From Bifidobacterium breve (GTDB lineage: Bacteria; Actinomycetota; Actinomycetes; Nanopelagicales; Nanopelagicaceae), in assembly GCA_945885625.1 (NCBI GenBank), contig CAMCYS010000005.1:3410-67409 (forward strand): a stretch of DNA of 64,000 nt, written 5' to 3'. The notes beneath the pieces were generated by a model that saw only the letters and a list, made by a program, of their open reading frames with translations, was not told the origin of the DNA and searched no databases. This document shows positions 1 through 10,925 of this stretch, one piece after another (position 1 is the first letter of the stretch; each line of letters opens with the position of its first letter). The translations under genes were made by a program, and so were the position numbers.

Positions 1-296
1 ATTGACAATAGGCCCGGCCAAAAAGCACTAGTTAGCTTTTGTAGATCTTCACTTGAATCACGAATAATTCCGACTGCTCGGGCTTCATCTGAAATTAGGA
101 CTTGGGCCGCAACGCCTAGCGCATCTCCACGCATTACATGCATCGTGCGAACAGCGTCATGGCTAAACGCATCGCACAGGTATGCATAGCAATGTTCAAG
201 TGGCACTACGATTACATAACCATCACGGATCGCTTTGGCGCCTAACGCAACTTGAGCTGCAGATTCTGCGGGCGTTAATTTAACAATCTCGCTCAT
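1..296 (-). CDS. Sua5/TsaC (YrdC)-family protein, N-terminal part (runs off window); catalytic motifs divergent
   Basis: Hand translation from ATG at 296 (ATGA overlap with prmC stop): MSEIVKLT...VIVVPLEHCYAYLCDAFSHDAV...FWPGLLS. Position after prmC and the WPG motif are typical of actinobacterial tsaC/sua5. Confidence 0.75.
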   Translation of the reverse strand, partial: MSEIVKLTPAESAAQVALGAKAIRDGYVIVVPLEHCYAYLCDAFSHDAVRTMHVMRGDALGVAAQVLISDEARAVGIIRDSSEDLQKLTSAFWPGLLS

Positions 297-1147
297 GAGT
301 TACTCCTAATTGCACTCGTCCAACGTGGGCGTCCAGTTAGATCCTGATGTAGCGCTATTTGCACGAAGTCGCTACTAAGTAGTTTAGCGATTGCCTTACC
401 TTGCGTTTCAGTATGTTCTATAGCTAATAGCCCACCGGCTTTAAGTAGTCGGGCCGCAGCATCAATAAACCGCTTCGGAAGTTCAAGTCCGTCACTGCCA
501 CCAAATAGCGCGATGGCTGGTTCGAAATTAGCCACATCTTTTGGTAGCGGTTGGGAATCTGGCACATAAGGCGGATTTGCTACAACTACATCGCATTTTA
601 CGCCCGCTAGAACATCGGCCACGTCACCTTCAACAATTCGAATACTTTCATCGTAGAAAGCCACATTCTGCTTTAGCCATTCGATCGCAGCTAAGCTCTT
701 CTCGACCGCTATTACATGGGCATTTAGCGCCTCTGTCGCAATGGAAATTGCCATCGCCCCAGAGCCGGCACCTAAATCGATTACTGAAACTGGGCCAGGC
801 AAGTTAGCAATGTGCTTTAAAACTTCTTCAACTAGCCCTTCGGTCTCTGGGCGCGGAACTAATACCCCAGGGCCAACTACTAGATTTAAGTTACGAAAAC
901 CTGCCGTACCTGTTAAGTATTGAACTGGTTCGTGGTTACAACGACGCTTAATCAATTCGGTATAACTTTCAACAATCGCGCTTTCATCGCTGACCTCTGC
1001 CAATGCGCGTTCAAGTGCAATCGGATTATGTAACTCCATGCGAGTTAAACCTAGCAAGTGCGCGAAAAGTATTTCGGCATCAACGCTTGAGTAACCGGCT
1101 GCCTCGATCTTCGCTTTGCCCTCACTTATCAGCGCCTTGACCTGCAT
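293..1147 (-). CDS. prmC: Release factor glutamine methyltransferase (HemK)
   Basis: EPVQYLTG, VLVPRPETE, DLGAGSGA and NPPY motifs; directly after prfA. Confidence 0.95.
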   Translation of the reverse strand: MQVKALISEGKAKIEAAGYSSVDAEILFAHLLGLTRMELHNPIALERALAEVSDESAIVESYTELIKRRCNHEPVQYLTGTAGFRNLNLVVGPGVLVPRPETEGLVEEVLKHIANLPGPVSVIDLGAGSGAMAISIATEALNAHVIAVEKSLAAIEWLKQNVAFYDESIRIVEGDVADVLAGVKCDVVVANPPYVPDSQPLPKDVANFEPAIALFGGSDGLELPKRFIDAAARLLKAGGLLAIEHTETQGKAIAKLLSSDFVQIALHQDLTGRPRWTSAIRSNS

Positions 1148-1163
1148 CTTGATTCCTGCGAAC

Positions 1164-2249
1164 TTACTTTTCAGTGGAAGCTAATTTGGCGGCCTTATCA
1201 GCATCAAGCAAAGCTTGAATAACATCATCGAGTTCGCCATTTAATACCGCATCTAAATTGTTTGACTTGTAGTTAACGCGATGATCGCTTAGCCGATTTT
1301 CTGGATAGTTATAGGTACGAATACGTTCGGAGCGATCTACGGTGCGAACTTGGCTCTTACGTTCAGCTGAAGCAATTGCATCGGCTTTTTCTTGGGCATC
1401 TACCAATAAGCGCGCGCGCAAAATACGCAGCGCAGACTCTTTATTCTGTAACTGACTCTTCTCGTTCTGGCACGAAACCACGATGCCAGTTGGGACATGT
1501 GTTAAGCGAACTGCTGAGTCAGTTGTGTTAACTGACTGACCACCAGGGCCAGATGAACGATAAACATCTACGCGCACATCATTCATATTTAGCTCAACGT
1601 CAATTTCTTCAGCTTCAGGCAAGATCAATACACCGGCGGCAGATGTGTGAATTCGACCTTGTGATTCAGTCTCTGGCACACGCTGAACCCGGTGTACTCC
1701 GCCTTCAAACTTCAAGCGGGCATATGGTGATTCACCTGGGGCTGCGTTGCCTTTTGATTTAACACCTACTGAAATATCTTTATAGCCACCCATTTCGCTT
1801 TCAGTGGCATCAATAACTTCTACTTTCCAATTACGCTTTTCGGCATAACGCAAATACATGCGCAATAGATCACCCGCGAATAGTGCAGATTCATCGCCAC
1901 CCGCGCCAGCTTTTACTTCGAGGATTACATCGCGATCATCATTAGGGTCACGCGGCAATAGCAACTCTTCTAGTTTTTCGGCAGCTTCAGTTGCAGCCAA
2001 CTCAAGTGCTGGAATTTCGGCAGCAAAATCTGCATCCTCAGCTGCCATCTCGCGACCAGCGGCAAGATCATCTTCGGCCGCGCGCCAAACGCGATAACCC
2101 GAAACTACTGGGCCAAGTTGGGCATAGCGACGGCCAAGTTTGCGAGCATTATTGGCATCATCGTGAATCGATGGGTCTGCCATCTTTGCTTCGAGTTCGG
2201 CATACTCTTTAACCAGTTCATCAGCAGATGCGAAACGATCATTTGCCAT
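1164..2249 (-). CDS. prfA: Peptide chain release factor 1
   Basis: GGQ motif ([15 protein letters not shown]), VPETES..RIHTS anticodon-loop region, RTYNYPENR. Start moved to ATG at 2249 (MANDRF). Confidence 0.96.
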   Translation of the reverse strand: MANDRFASADELVKEYAELEAKMADPSIHDDANNARKLGRRYAQLGPVVSGYRVWRAAEDDLAAGREMAAEDADFAAEIPALELAATEAAEKLEELLLPRDPNDDRDVILEVKAGAGGDESALFAGDLLRMYLRYAEKRNWKVEVIDATESEMGGYKDISVGVKSKGNAAPGESPYARLKFEGGVHRVQRVPETESQGRIHTSAAGVLILPEAEEIDVELNMNDVRVDVYRSSGPGGQSVNTTDSAVRLTHVPTGIVVSCQNEKSQLQNKESALRILRARLLVDAQEKADAIASAERKSQVRTVDRSERIRTYNYPENRLSDHRVNYKSNNLDAVLNGELDDVIQALLDADKAAKLASTEK

Positions 2250-2291
2250 TTGGTTATCTGCCTTTCTTGTACTCGTTAAATAAATTATTGG

Positions 2292-2340
2292 AAAAATAAA
2301 AAGACCGCCTCGCAACCCATGACAGGTTGCGATGCGGTCT
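2292..2340 (-). terminator. Intrinsic terminator/attenuator hairpin after rpmE
   Basis: AGACCGC.TCGCAACC / GGTTGCGA.GCGGTCT stem; A-tract on the + strand gives a U-tract on the - strand. Confidence 0.7.
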
Positions 2341-2350
2341 ATTTAGAAAG

Positions 2351-2560
2351 CTACTTCTTCTTACCGAAACGCTCTTCGAACTTAGCAACGCGACCACCAG
2401 TATCGAGAATGCGCTGCTTGCCGGTGTAGAACGGGTGGCAAACTGAACAAACTTCAACATAGATTGAACCGCTGGCAACTGTTGAGCGAGTAACAAACTT
2501 CTCGCCGCAACCACAAGTTACTTGGGTCTCTTTATATTCTGGGTGGATCTCTGGCTTCAT
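2351..2560 (-). CDS. rpmE: 50S ribosomal protein L31, Zn-binding type
   Basis: [31 protein letters not shown]; start at ATG 2560. Confidence 0.96.
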   Translation of the reverse strand: MKPEIHPEYKETQVTCGCGEKFVTRSTVASGSIYVEVCSVCHPFYTGKQRILDTGGRVAKFEERFGKKK

Positions 2561-2577
2561 TTCATACCTCATTTTTA

Positions 2578-2612
2578 GTGGCCTGGGTCGTGCGAACACG
2601 TGAACCAGAACC
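2578..2612 (-). promoter_or_regulatory. Structured 5' leader of rpmE (candidate L31 autoregulatory leader)
   Basis: Minus strand GGTTCTGGTTCA-CGTG-TTCG-CACG-ACCCAGGCCAC folds into an interrupted stem with a UUCG loop just upstream of the RBS. L31 leader motifs are known in Actinobacteria. Confidence 0.5.
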
Positions 2613-2725
2613 AGCGGTTTCTAGGGTCGTAATTGTCTAGGTGCTTAGGGTAACGCGGGGGGCTAGATATCGAGAAATCGGGCTGATTTCACGCGGTAAA
2701 TAGCGCTTAGTGGTTATCTGACTGG

Positions 2726-4321
2726 TTAGTTGTCCGGACCAGCGGTTGTCTTCTGGATCTGCATCAAGAATTCAACGTTGGACTTAGTGCCCTTCATCTT
2801 TTCTAGTAATAGTTCGAGCGCTGCTTGTGGTTCAAGTGCGTGTAGAACGCGACGAAGTTTCCAGACAATGTTTAGCTCTTCAGAACCCATCAGAATTTCT
2901 TCTTTACGAGTACCTGAGGCAACAACGTTTACTGCTGGGAAAATACGCTTATCCGCCATACGGCGATCAAGAATAAGTTCCATGTTTCCGGTGCCCTTGA
3001 ACTCTTCGAAGATAACTTCATCCATTCGAGAACCGGTATCAACAAGCGCGGTTGCCAGAATTGTTAGTGAGCCGCCATCTTCAATATTACGTGCGGCGCC
3101 GAAGAACTTCTTAGGTGGATATAGCGCTGCTGAATCAACACCACCAGACAAGATGCGACCTGAGGCAGGAGCTGCGATGTTATATGCGCGACCCAAACGA
3201 GTAATTGAATCGAGCAACACAACTACATCGTGACCTAGTTCAACTAACCGCTTTGCGCGCTCTATTGCTAATTCAGCAACAGTGGTGTGGTCATCGGCGG
3301 GACGATCGAAAGTCGAAGCAATAACTTCGCCCTTGACTGATCGCTGCATATCGGTAACTTCTTCAGGGCGCTCATCAACTAGAACTACCATTAAGTGACA
3401 CTCAGGGTTATTGGTTGTGATCGCGTTAGCAATTGCTTGCAGGACCATGGTCTTACCGGCTTTAGGTGGCGACACAATAAGTCCACGTTGGCCCTTACCA
3501 ATTGGAGAAATCAAGTCAATAACGCGAGTAGTTAAAACATTTGGTTCAGTTTCAAGACGCAAGCGCTCTTGCGGATAAAGTGGAACTAACTTTGAGAACT
3601 CAACGCGATTACGCGCCTCATCAGGGGTTACGCCATTAATGGTGTCTAAGCGAACTAGCGCGTTGAACTTCTCGCGACGCTCGCCTTCTTGTGGCTGACG
3701 TACTGCGCCAGTTACAACATCGCCTTTACGCAAACCAAAGCGGCGTACTTGTTGTAGCGAGATATAAACATCGTTCGGGCTAGGCAGGTAACCACCGGTG
3801 CGAATGAATGCATAACTTTCCATGATGTCTGCGATACCGCCGACTGGAAGTAAAACATCATCTTCAGAGATAACGATTTCGCGCTCTTCGCGGCCACCAC
3901 GATCTGAACGATCACGATTGTGGCGATCACGATTACGTCCTTGACGATCGCGACCACGGTCATTGCGATCGCGGTTTGGGCGATTTGAATTCGAGTTTGA
4001 ATCGTTCGATGAACTTGATGAATTGTCATCGCCCTCATCGTCGCCCTCGTCATCAGAATTGGCATTTGAGTTGCTGGAATTATCTTTATTGCCGCGCTTC
4101 TTGGCATTACGTGCTTCGCGACGGGCTTCGCGTTCAGCCTTTGCGGCTTCGCGGTTTGCTGCTTGTAGATCAGCGATTGCAGTTACGAGGGCATCCTTTT
4201 TTAGCTTTGCGGCGCCATCAATTCCCAGTTGGGTGGCAACTTCCTTTAATTTCGGAAGGGTCATCGCTGATAGCTCAGGACTGCTCGAACGAACTGGAGT
4301 TACTTCAGGTGTATCGGTCAT
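2726..4321 (-). CDS. rho: Transcription termination factor Rho with actinobacterial N-terminal insertion
   Basis: GKGQRGLIVSPPKAGKT, LIVLVDERPEEVTD-like and EEFKGTGNMEL motifs; low-complexity N/S/D/R insert. Confidence 0.97.
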   Translation of the reverse strand: MTDTPEVTPVRSSSPELSAMTLPKLKEVATQLGIDGAAKLKKDALVTAIADLQAANREAAKAEREARREARNAKKRGNKDNSSNSNANSDDEGDDEGDDNSSSSSNDSNSNSNRPNRDRNDRGRDRQGRNRDRHNRDRSDRGGREEREIVISEDDVLLPVGGIADIMESYAFIRTGGYLPSPNDVYISLQQVRRFGLRKGDVVTGAVRQPQEGERREKFNALVRLDTINGVTPDEARNRVEFSKLVPLYPQERLRLETEPNVLTTRVIDLISPIGKGQRGLIVSPPKAGKTMVLQAIANAITTNNPECHLMVVLVDERPEEVTDMQRSVKGEVIASTFDRPADDHTTVAELAIERAKRLVELGHDVVVLLDSITRLGRAYNIAAPASGRILSGGVDSAALYPPKKFFGAARNIEDGGSLTILATALVDTGSRMDEVIFEEFKGTGNMELILDRRMADKRIFPAVNVVASGTRKEEILMGSEELNIVWKLRRVLHALEPQAALELLLEKMKGTKSNVEFLMQIQKTTAGPDN

Positions 4322-4455
4322 TGTGATCTTTTCAGTTATGGCTGATGCGCGAAATATTGAAGATATTTACATATCTAGCTAGATATTTACGGCGAAAGCC
4401 GGTGGTATTTTTTAGATTACCTTCAAGTGTTACAGGCAGATCGCCTAAGAAGATG

Positions 4456-5382
4456 TCAGAACGGTAGCACTCCCGCAGCCGAAATCGCAACTTCTGCGGC
4501 ACGGAAATTAGCCCCAGCCGCATGAGTTAGCTCAGCTACTTCGGTAGCGCCACCAGTGTGTAATACCAGCACAGTTGGGCCTGCACCCGAGATGAAGGCG
4601 GCAACCCCAGCACTGCGGAATTTAGTTAAGAGGGCAAATGAGGCTGGCATGGCCTCTTTGCGATATGACTGATGAACGAAATCTTCAGTAGAGATAAACA
4701 ACAGATCTGGGCGAAGAGTTAATGCGTGAACCAGAAGTGCAGTATTGGTTGAGTTAGTTACCGCATCTCGATGAGGAACTGTCTCTGGTAACAACCTGCG
4801 AGCTTTCGCCGTTGAAACTGCGGTCTCTGGAATAAAAGCTATAGCTGAAATGCGATGATCGACCGAAAGTGAGATAGCTTGCGCAACTGTTTTGCCATGT
4901 TGGTTCTCTTGCCACGCCACAGTAGCACCACCATAAATCGCAGCTGCCACATTATCTGGGTGTCCTTCAAGATTGGTTGCTAGTTGCAACATAACTTCGT
5001 TACTTAACTTCTCTTCGCCGCCTAAAACAAGTGAGCGAGCAAGTGCTAAGCCACCGACAATGGCACTGGCCGATGAACCTAAGCCGCGACCATGAGGGAT
5101 TACATTCTTAGCGCGTATTGCTAGCCCGCGCGGGCGGCCGCCTAAGTGATCAAAACCAGCAAACATTGCTTTGACTAATAAATTCTTTTCATTGCGCGGC
5201 AAATTCTCAGCGCCCTCACCTATTACATCGATATCTAAACCAGGTTCATCAATTACTCGCGCTACATATTTATCGTTCATCTGTAACGCCAAACCAAGGC
5301 AATCAAAGCCTGGGCCCAAGTTGGCACTAGTTGCCGGAACTTGAATCTGACTTGGAGTTGCGCGGAAAGTTGGTTTTGCCAT
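4456..5382 (-). CDS. thrB: Homoserine kinase
   Basis: VPATSANLGPGFD, PHGRGLGSSASA, HPDNVAAA, ISGAGPT. Confidence 0.96.
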   Translation of the reverse strand: MAKPTFRATPSQIQVPATSANLGPGFDCLGLALQMNDKYVARVIDEPGLDIDVIGEGAENLPRNEKNLLVKAMFAGFDHLGGRPRGLAIRAKNVIPHGRGLGSSASAIVGGLALARSLVLGGEEKLSNEVMLQLATNLEGHPDNVAAAIYGGATVAWQENQHGKTVAQAISLSVDHRISAIAFIPETAVSTAKARRLLPETVPHRDAVTNSTNTALLVHALTLRPDLLFISTEDFVHQSYRKEAMPASFALLTKFRSAGVAAFISGAGPTVLVLHTGGATEVAELTHAAGANFRAAEVAISAAGVLPF

Positions 5383-5409
5383 TTTTTAGTTTCTCCTAGT
5401 TCTTACGAG

Positions 5410-6501
5410 CTAGAGACCTAACGCTTTCGCAGCAGCTTTAGCGTTAACCGGAACAATCTTTGGTTTGGCGGCGCCTTCAAGCGCCCACTGAACATCTTTT
5501 AAGCCATGGCCGGTAACTGTGATGACAATCTTTTTGCCAGTTGGCAGCTTCTTCTTCTTCTGGTACTTGATCAAACCCGCAAGACCAGCAGCGCTAGATG
5601 GCTCAACAAAGATGCCCTCTTTAGCTGCAATTAAGCGGTAAGCCGCCAATATCTCGCGATCGGTAACTGAATCTATTAGACCACCAGATGAATCGCGCGC
5701 TTCGATGGCTTGTGCCCAAGAAGCTGGATTGCCGATACGAATTGCAGTAGCAATAGTGTCGGGATTCGTAATAATTTTATTCTTAACAATCGGCGCTGAG
5801 CCCGCTGCTTGGAATCCCCACATCTGTGGCAACTTGGTCGAGATGCGATCTTGGTGGTATTCGCGATAGCCCTTCCAGTAAGCAGTGATGTTTCCGGCAT
5901 TGCCAACTGGCAATACATGCATATCTGGCGCATCACCTAAAAGATCTACTACCTCGAAAGCACCAGTCTTTTGACCTTCAATGCGGAATGGATTAACTGA
6001 GTTAACTAGTGCCACTGGGTAATCAGTTGCTAAATCGCGGGCCAGAGTTAAGCAATCATCAAAGTTTCCATTGACTTGCAGAATAGTTGAATCGTGCGCA
6101 ATTGCTTGCGCTAATTTGCCCATTGCGATTTTTCCATTAGGAATCAACACAACCGGGCGCATGCCAGCTTTAACTGCGTAAGCTGCAGCACTTGCTGAAG
6201 TGTTTCCGGTCGATGCGCAAATTACAGCTTTAGCACCATCTTCGGCGGCTTTAGAAATCGCCATTGTCATGCCGCGATCTTTGAAGGATCCAGTTGGGTT
6301 AGTGCCTTCAAACTTAATCCAGACATCGTTGCCAAGTAGTTCCGATAAGTAGCACGCGTAAATCAGCGGAGTGCCGCCTTCGCGTAGCGAAACAATTGGT
6401 GTCTTAGCCGAAACTGGTAAGCGATGGCGATATTCCTCTATGACTCCGCGCCATTGATGTGCGCCATCAGATTTAGCTGTTTTGTTTCCAAACAAACCCA
6501 T
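5410..6501 (-). CDS. thrC: Threonine synthase
   Basis: [10 protein letters not shown] (PLP lysine), [23 protein letters not shown]. Confidence 0.95.
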   Translation of the reverse strand: MGLFGNKTAKSDGAHQWRGVIEEYRHRLPVSAKTPIVSLREGGTPLIYACYLSELLGNDVWIKFEGTNPTGSFKDRGMTMAISKAAEDGAKAVICASTGNTSASAAAYAVKAGMRPVVLIPNGKIAMGKLAQAIAHDSTILQVNGNFDDCLTLARDLATDYPVALVNSVNPFRIEGQKTGAFEVVDLLGDAPDMHVLPVGNAGNITAYWKGYREYHQDRISTKLPQMWGFQAAGSAPIVKNKIITNPDTIATAIRIGNPASWAQAIEARDSSGGLIDSVTDREILAAYRLIAAKEGIFVEPSSAAGLAGLIKYQKKKKLPTGKKIVITVTGHGLKDVQWALEGAAKPKIVPVNAKAAAKALGL

Positions 6502-7796
6502 TACGCACCAACACCTTCGACTCGAATTACGCTTTCAACATTTTTAACAATATCCATTGCCTTCAAAGCTTCAACTGTGGCATCTAAGTCATCTTCGGTG
6601 GCTGCGTGGGTAACCACGATTAGTTCGGCATCAAGACCCATTCCGGATTGACGCACTCCTTGAATAGAAACGCCTTGCTTGGCAAAAACGGTGGCAATAC
6701 TTGCTAAAACACCAGATTTGTCAGCTACCCAGAGACGGATTAAGAACTGTGATTTCACATCACCAAGTGGGGCAATATCCAAATCTGCATAATCACTTTC
6801 GCCATAACCAACAGTGGAATATGCGCGATGACGAGTAACTGCAACTAAATCACCCAAGATGGCAGATGCGGTTGGGGCGCCACCTGCGCCACGACCATAG
6901 AACATAAGTTGGCCAGCAGCTTCGGATTCGACATAAACAGCATTGAACGCATCGCGCACGCTTGCCAGTGGGTGGGTAAGTGGCAACATAACTGGGTGCA
7001 CTCGAACTGAAATTTCATCTTTTACAGTTAGTTCAGCAATTGCTAATAACTTAATTACTGAGTTCATCACTTTGGCAGCAGCAATATCATCAGCACTGAT
7101 ATTTGAAATACCTTCGCAATAAACTTCATCAATTGTCACAGTGCTGTGGAAAGCCAAGCTAGCAAGTAGTGCTGCCTTAGCAGCTGCATCATGACCTTCA
7201 ATATCAGCAGTCGGATCTGCTTCGGCGTAACCAAGTTTTTGGGCTTCAGCTAAAACATCGGCAAAGTTGCGACCTTCTTCATGCATCTTGGTCAAAATGT
7301 AATTTGTAGTTCCGTTAACAATGCCCATAACGCGTGTGATTTGATCGCCCGCAAGTGATTCACGCATTGAACGAATAATCGGAATCGCACCCGCAACCGC
7401 TGCTTCGTAATAAAGATCTACGCCGGCAGCATCGGCGGCATTAAATAGTTCGTGACCATGAGTTGCTAGCAAAGCTTTGTTGGCAGTTATTACTGATTTC
7501 TTATTAGCGATCGCAGCCAAAATTAATTCGCGGGCTGGTTCGATGCCGCCCATAACTTCAATCACAATATTAATTTCTGGGTCATTTACAACTGAAAGCA
7601 GATCAGTTGTTAGTAACGCCGCTGGAATTCCTTCGCGCGCACCAGTTGTGCGTACGCCAATCTTTTTGAGAACAAGCTCTGCTCCTGAGCGCTTGGAAAG
7701 TTCTTCCTGGTCAGATTGGAGCAGGCGAGCGACTTGGCTGCCAACAACGCCGCAGCCGAGCATGCCAATCGAGATGGTCTTAAGTTCTCTGCTCAT
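6501..7796 (-). CDS. hom: Homoserine dehydrogenase with C-terminal ACT domain
   Basis: [46 protein letters not shown]. Confidence 0.96.
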   Translation of the reverse strand: MSRELKTISIGMLGCGVVGSQVARLLQSDQEELSKRSGAELVLKKIGVRTTGAREGIPAALLTTDLLSVVNDPEINIVIEVMGGIEPARELILAAIANKKSVITANKALLATHGHELFNAADAAGVDLYYEAAVAGAIPIIRSMRESLAGDQITRVMGIVNGTTNYILTKMHEEGRNFADVLAEAQKLGYAEADPTADIEGHDAAAKAALLASLAFHSTVTIDEVYCEGISNISADDIAAAKVMNSVIKLLAIAELTVKDEISVRVHPVMLPLTHPLASVRDAFNAVYVESEAAGQLMFYGRGAGGAPTASAILGDLVAVTRHRAYSTVGYGESDYADLDIAPLGDVKSQFLIRLWVADKSGVLASIATVFAKQGVSIQGVRQSGMGLDAELIVVTHAATEDDLDATVEALKAMDIVKNVESVIRVEGVGA

Positions 7797-7829
7797 TGGC
7801 CAATTCTTTCACAGATGGGGTGAAGCACG

Positions 7830-9176
7830 TTAAATATCAAGATTAAGCAGATCGGCTTCAGTCTCACGGCGCACAATTACGCGGGCTTTGCCATCTTTTA
7901 CCGCAATAACTGGTGGTTTTGGCACATGGTTGTAATTACTTGCCATAGAACGGCCATAAGCGCCAGTTGCTGGAACTGCAATCAAATCAGTTGGGGCGAT
8001 GTCGGCCGGCAATTCAATTTCGCTAATAACTATATCGCCAGTTTCACAATGTTTTCCGACTAAGCGAGAATTGCTATTTGTACTCGTTGAATTGCGATTA
8101 GCAAGTACTGCGAAATATTCAGCGTCATACAGAGCAGGGCGCGCGTTATCGCTCATGCCACCATCGATGGAAATGTATTTACGAATCTCGCCAGTCTCTA
8201 GTGTGACATCTTTAGTAGTGCCAACTTCATAGAGCGTGAACATGGCTGGACCGACAATTGCTCGACCTGGTTCAATTGAAATCTTAGGCACTGCTAAGTT
8301 CGCTGCAACGCAAGCCGCTTCAACGGTTTTTGCAAGTGCTGGAATTACATCTGCTGGAGCAACCGTTACTTCGCCAGGCAAATAAGCAATTGCATACCCG
8401 CCACCTAAATCTAATTCTGGTAACTCGCTTCCGAAAGCATCGCGATACTTAGCAAGAAGCCCAATTAAACGTTGTGCCGCTAATTCAAATGACTCAACCC
8501 CGAAGATTTGGGAACCAATGTGGGAATGGAAACCACGAAGTTCTAACGAAGAGAGTTTGCGAACTGCTTCGATCGCAGTCCAAGCCGCGCCGCTGGCAAT
8601 TGAAAACCCGAACTTCACATCTTCATGCGCAGTTGAAATAGATTCGTGGGTATGGGCTTGGATGCCAGGGGTTAAACGTAAGTAAACCCGTTGAACTTTT
8701 CCGAATTTAGAAGCAGCTGCCGCAACGCGCTCGATTTCGTGCATTGAATCCATCACGATAGTGCCAACGCCAACTTCTACTGCGCGCTCAATTTCGCTAA
8801 CAGATTTATTATTGCCGTGAACCTCAATTTTGGCTGGGTTTATGCCACCTGCCAGAGCTACCGCTAGTTCGCCAGATGTGCAGACATCAATACCGATTCC
8901 TAAATCGGTTATCCAGCGCGCGACTTCGGTACAAATAAAGGCTTTAGCAGCGTAATAAACCGTGCCTGCGTTATCGCCAAAATTTTCCTGTAGCGAATCA
9001 TTCCACGCTAGCGCACGAGTGCGAAAATCGGCTTCATCTAAAATAAAAGCTGGTGTACCAAAATCTCTTGCCAGAGTTGTTGCTGAGATTCCGCTAATGC
9101 TTAATTCGTTGGAACTGCGGTCAACGCTCTGCGACCACATATTCTCACTTGAAATTGCTGAGCCATTAATTGTCAT
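7830..9176 (-). CDS. lysA: Diaminopimelate decarboxylase
   Basis: YAAKAF (PLP lysine), HSHIGSQ, DLGGG, EPGRAI, GKHCETGD, TGAYG. Confidence 0.96.
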   Translation of the reverse strand: MTINGSAISSENMWSQSVDRSSNELSISGISATTLARDFGTPAFILDEADFRTRALAWNDSLQENFGDNAGTVYYAAKAFICTEVARWITDLGIGIDVCTSGELAVALAGGINPAKIEVHGNNKSVSEIERAVEVGVGTIVMDSMHEIERVAAAASKFGKVQRVYLRLTPGIQAHTHESISTAHEDVKFGFSIASGAAWTAIEAVRKLSSLELRGFHSHIGSQIFGVESFELAAQRLIGLLAKYRDAFGSELPELDLGGGYAIAYLPGEVTVAPADVIPALAKTVEAACVAANLAVPKISIEPGRAIVGPAMFTLYEVGTTKDVTLETGEIRKYISIDGGMSDNARPALYDAEYFAVLANRNSTSTNSNSRLVGKHCETGDIVISEIELPADIAPTDLIAVPATGAYGRSMASNYNHVPKPPVIAVKDGKARVIVRRETEADLLNLDI

Positions 9177-9178
9177 AG

Positions 9179-10876
9179 TTACATCCGCTCCGGTGCGCTT
9201 ACGCCAAGTAGTTGCAGACCATTATTCAAAGTTTGTTTTGTTGCCGCACATAAGGCCGCACGAGCAGAATGAACTGCGGCTGCTGCTTCGTCACCCAGTG
9301 GTAAGACGCGACAGTCGGCATAGAAGCCGTGGTAAACGCCAGCTAATTCTTCGAGGTAGCGTGCAACTCGATGTGGTTCGCGTAGCTCGGCAGCGCTAGC
9401 AACTATTCGCGGGAACTGTGCCAATGAACCAAGCAACTCATTTTCACGATCATGGGAAAGTTGAGCTGGGTCAAAATCAGCGAGTGCACTTGAAATATTT
9501 AACTCAGTGGCATTACGCAGAACGCCAGCAATTCGGGCATGCGCATATTGCACGTAATAAACTGGATTCTCATTGGTATTTGATTTCAAAATATCAACAT
9601 CAAGCACCATTGGGGTTTCAACTGGAAAACGAATCAAGGTGTAGCGCGCAGCATCGACGCCAACTTTTTCTACTAACTCTTCAAGGGTAATGATTGTGCC
9701 AGCGCGCTTGGAGAGTTTTACCTCTTCGCCACCCTCCATAATCTTTACTAGTTGACCAATTAAGATATGTACGTTGTATTCAGGGTCATCTCCGGCGCAA
9801 GCAGCAGTGGCCTTTAAGCGTCCTACATAGCCATGATGATCAGCGCCCAACATATAGATACAGATATCAAAACCGCGCTCACGCTTGTTGATGTAATACG
9901 CAGTATCTGATGAAAAATAGGTATACGAACCATCGCTCTTGATTAATACGCGATCCTTATCGTCGCCGTAATCGGTAGTTCGCAACCAAGTAGCGTCTTC
10001 GAGTTCGAAAACGTGGCCCTGCTTACGCAATTTATCCATGCCATGTTCGACTGCGCCACTTTCGTGCAGAGTTCGCTCAGAGAACCAAACATCAAAATGA
10101 GTATTGAAAGTTTCCAGTACGCCTTGTTGTTGGGCAAGTTGTAACTTATAGGCACGCTCACGGAATTCTGTTGTACGAGTTTCACCTGATAAATCTAAAA
10201 TACTTTTATCTTCGGCAACTAGAGTCTTAGCTAAGTCACCAATGTATTGGCCTTGGTATCCATTTTCCGGAATCGGCAAGCCAAGTGCTGCAGCTTCAAC
10301 GGATGCACCAAAGAGATCCATCTGGTTTCCACGATCATTGATATAAAACTCTTGCGTTACTTTCGCACCAGCGGCCGCAAGAACGCGACCAAGTGCATCA
10401 CCCACAGCGGCCCAACGAGTGTGACCTAAATGCAGGGGTCCAGTTGGATTTGCACTAATAAATTCGAGGTTGATACTTACGCCATTAAGTGAATTGCCAT
10501 GACCGTATTTTTCACCTGCAGTTAAAATGGTGCGAACTAGCTCTGCTTGGCTCGCGCGATTTAAAGTTATATTGATAAAACCGGGGCCAGCAATTTCAAC
10601 CGAAGTTACCGCATCGAGTGCGGTTAAATCTGCCGCAATTATTTTTGCTACTTCTTGCGGTGCGATGCCGGCGGATTTAGCTAATTGCAGCGCAATCGAA
10701 GTTGCATAATCACCATGGTCGCGATTTTTAGGCCGTTCGAGCCGAACACTGGCGGGAACCTCGCCAGCAAAAGCACCTCGTGCGATTGCCTGCGCGACTA
10801 CGCCCAAGATGTGCGCCTCAAGGGCGGTTTGCGCATCTTGCGCAGATTCAACGCTGGTGCTGATTTTTGGGCTCAC
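9179..10876 (-). CDS. argS: Arginine--tRNA ligase
   Basis: EFISANPTGPLHLGH (HIGH), GADHHGY, KLSKRAG, YYVQYAHARI; upstream of lysA as in other Actinobacteria. Confidence 0.97.
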   Translation of the reverse strand: MSPKISTSVESAQDAQTALEAHILGVVAQAIARGAFAGEVPASVRLERPKNRDHGDYATSIALQLAKSAGIAPQEVAKIIAADLTALDAVTSVEIAGPGFINITLNRASQAELVRTILTAGEKYGHGNSLNGVSINLEFISANPTGPLHLGHTRWAAVGDALGRVLAAAGAKVTQEFYINDRGNQMDLFGASVEAAALGLPIPENGYQGQYIGDLAKTLVAEDKSILDLSGETRTTEFRERAYKLQLAQQQGVLETFNTHFDVWFSERTLHESGAVEHGMDKLRKQGHVFELEDATWLRTTDYGDDKDRVLIKSDGSYTYFSSDTAYYINKRERGFDICIYMLGADHHGYVGRLKATAACAGDDPEYNVHILIGQLVKIMEGGEEVKLSKRAGTIITLEELVEKVGVDAARYTLIRFPVETPMVLDVDILKSNTNENPVYYVQYAHARIAGVLRNATELNISSALADFDPAQLSHDRENELLGSLAQFPRIVASAAELREPHRVARYLEELAGVYHGFYADCRVLPLGDEAAAAVHSARAALCAATKQTLNNGLQLLGVSAPERM

Positions 10877-10925
10877 TGCGCAAGGTTATCGTTACACCTA
10901 TCTATCCCGCGCTAAATGTCCGATT

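Noticed and set aside
3900-4110. Low-complexity N/S/D/R repeats in rho as a novel insertion
   Set aside because: A variable polar N-terminal insertion is a known feature of actinobacterial Rho.
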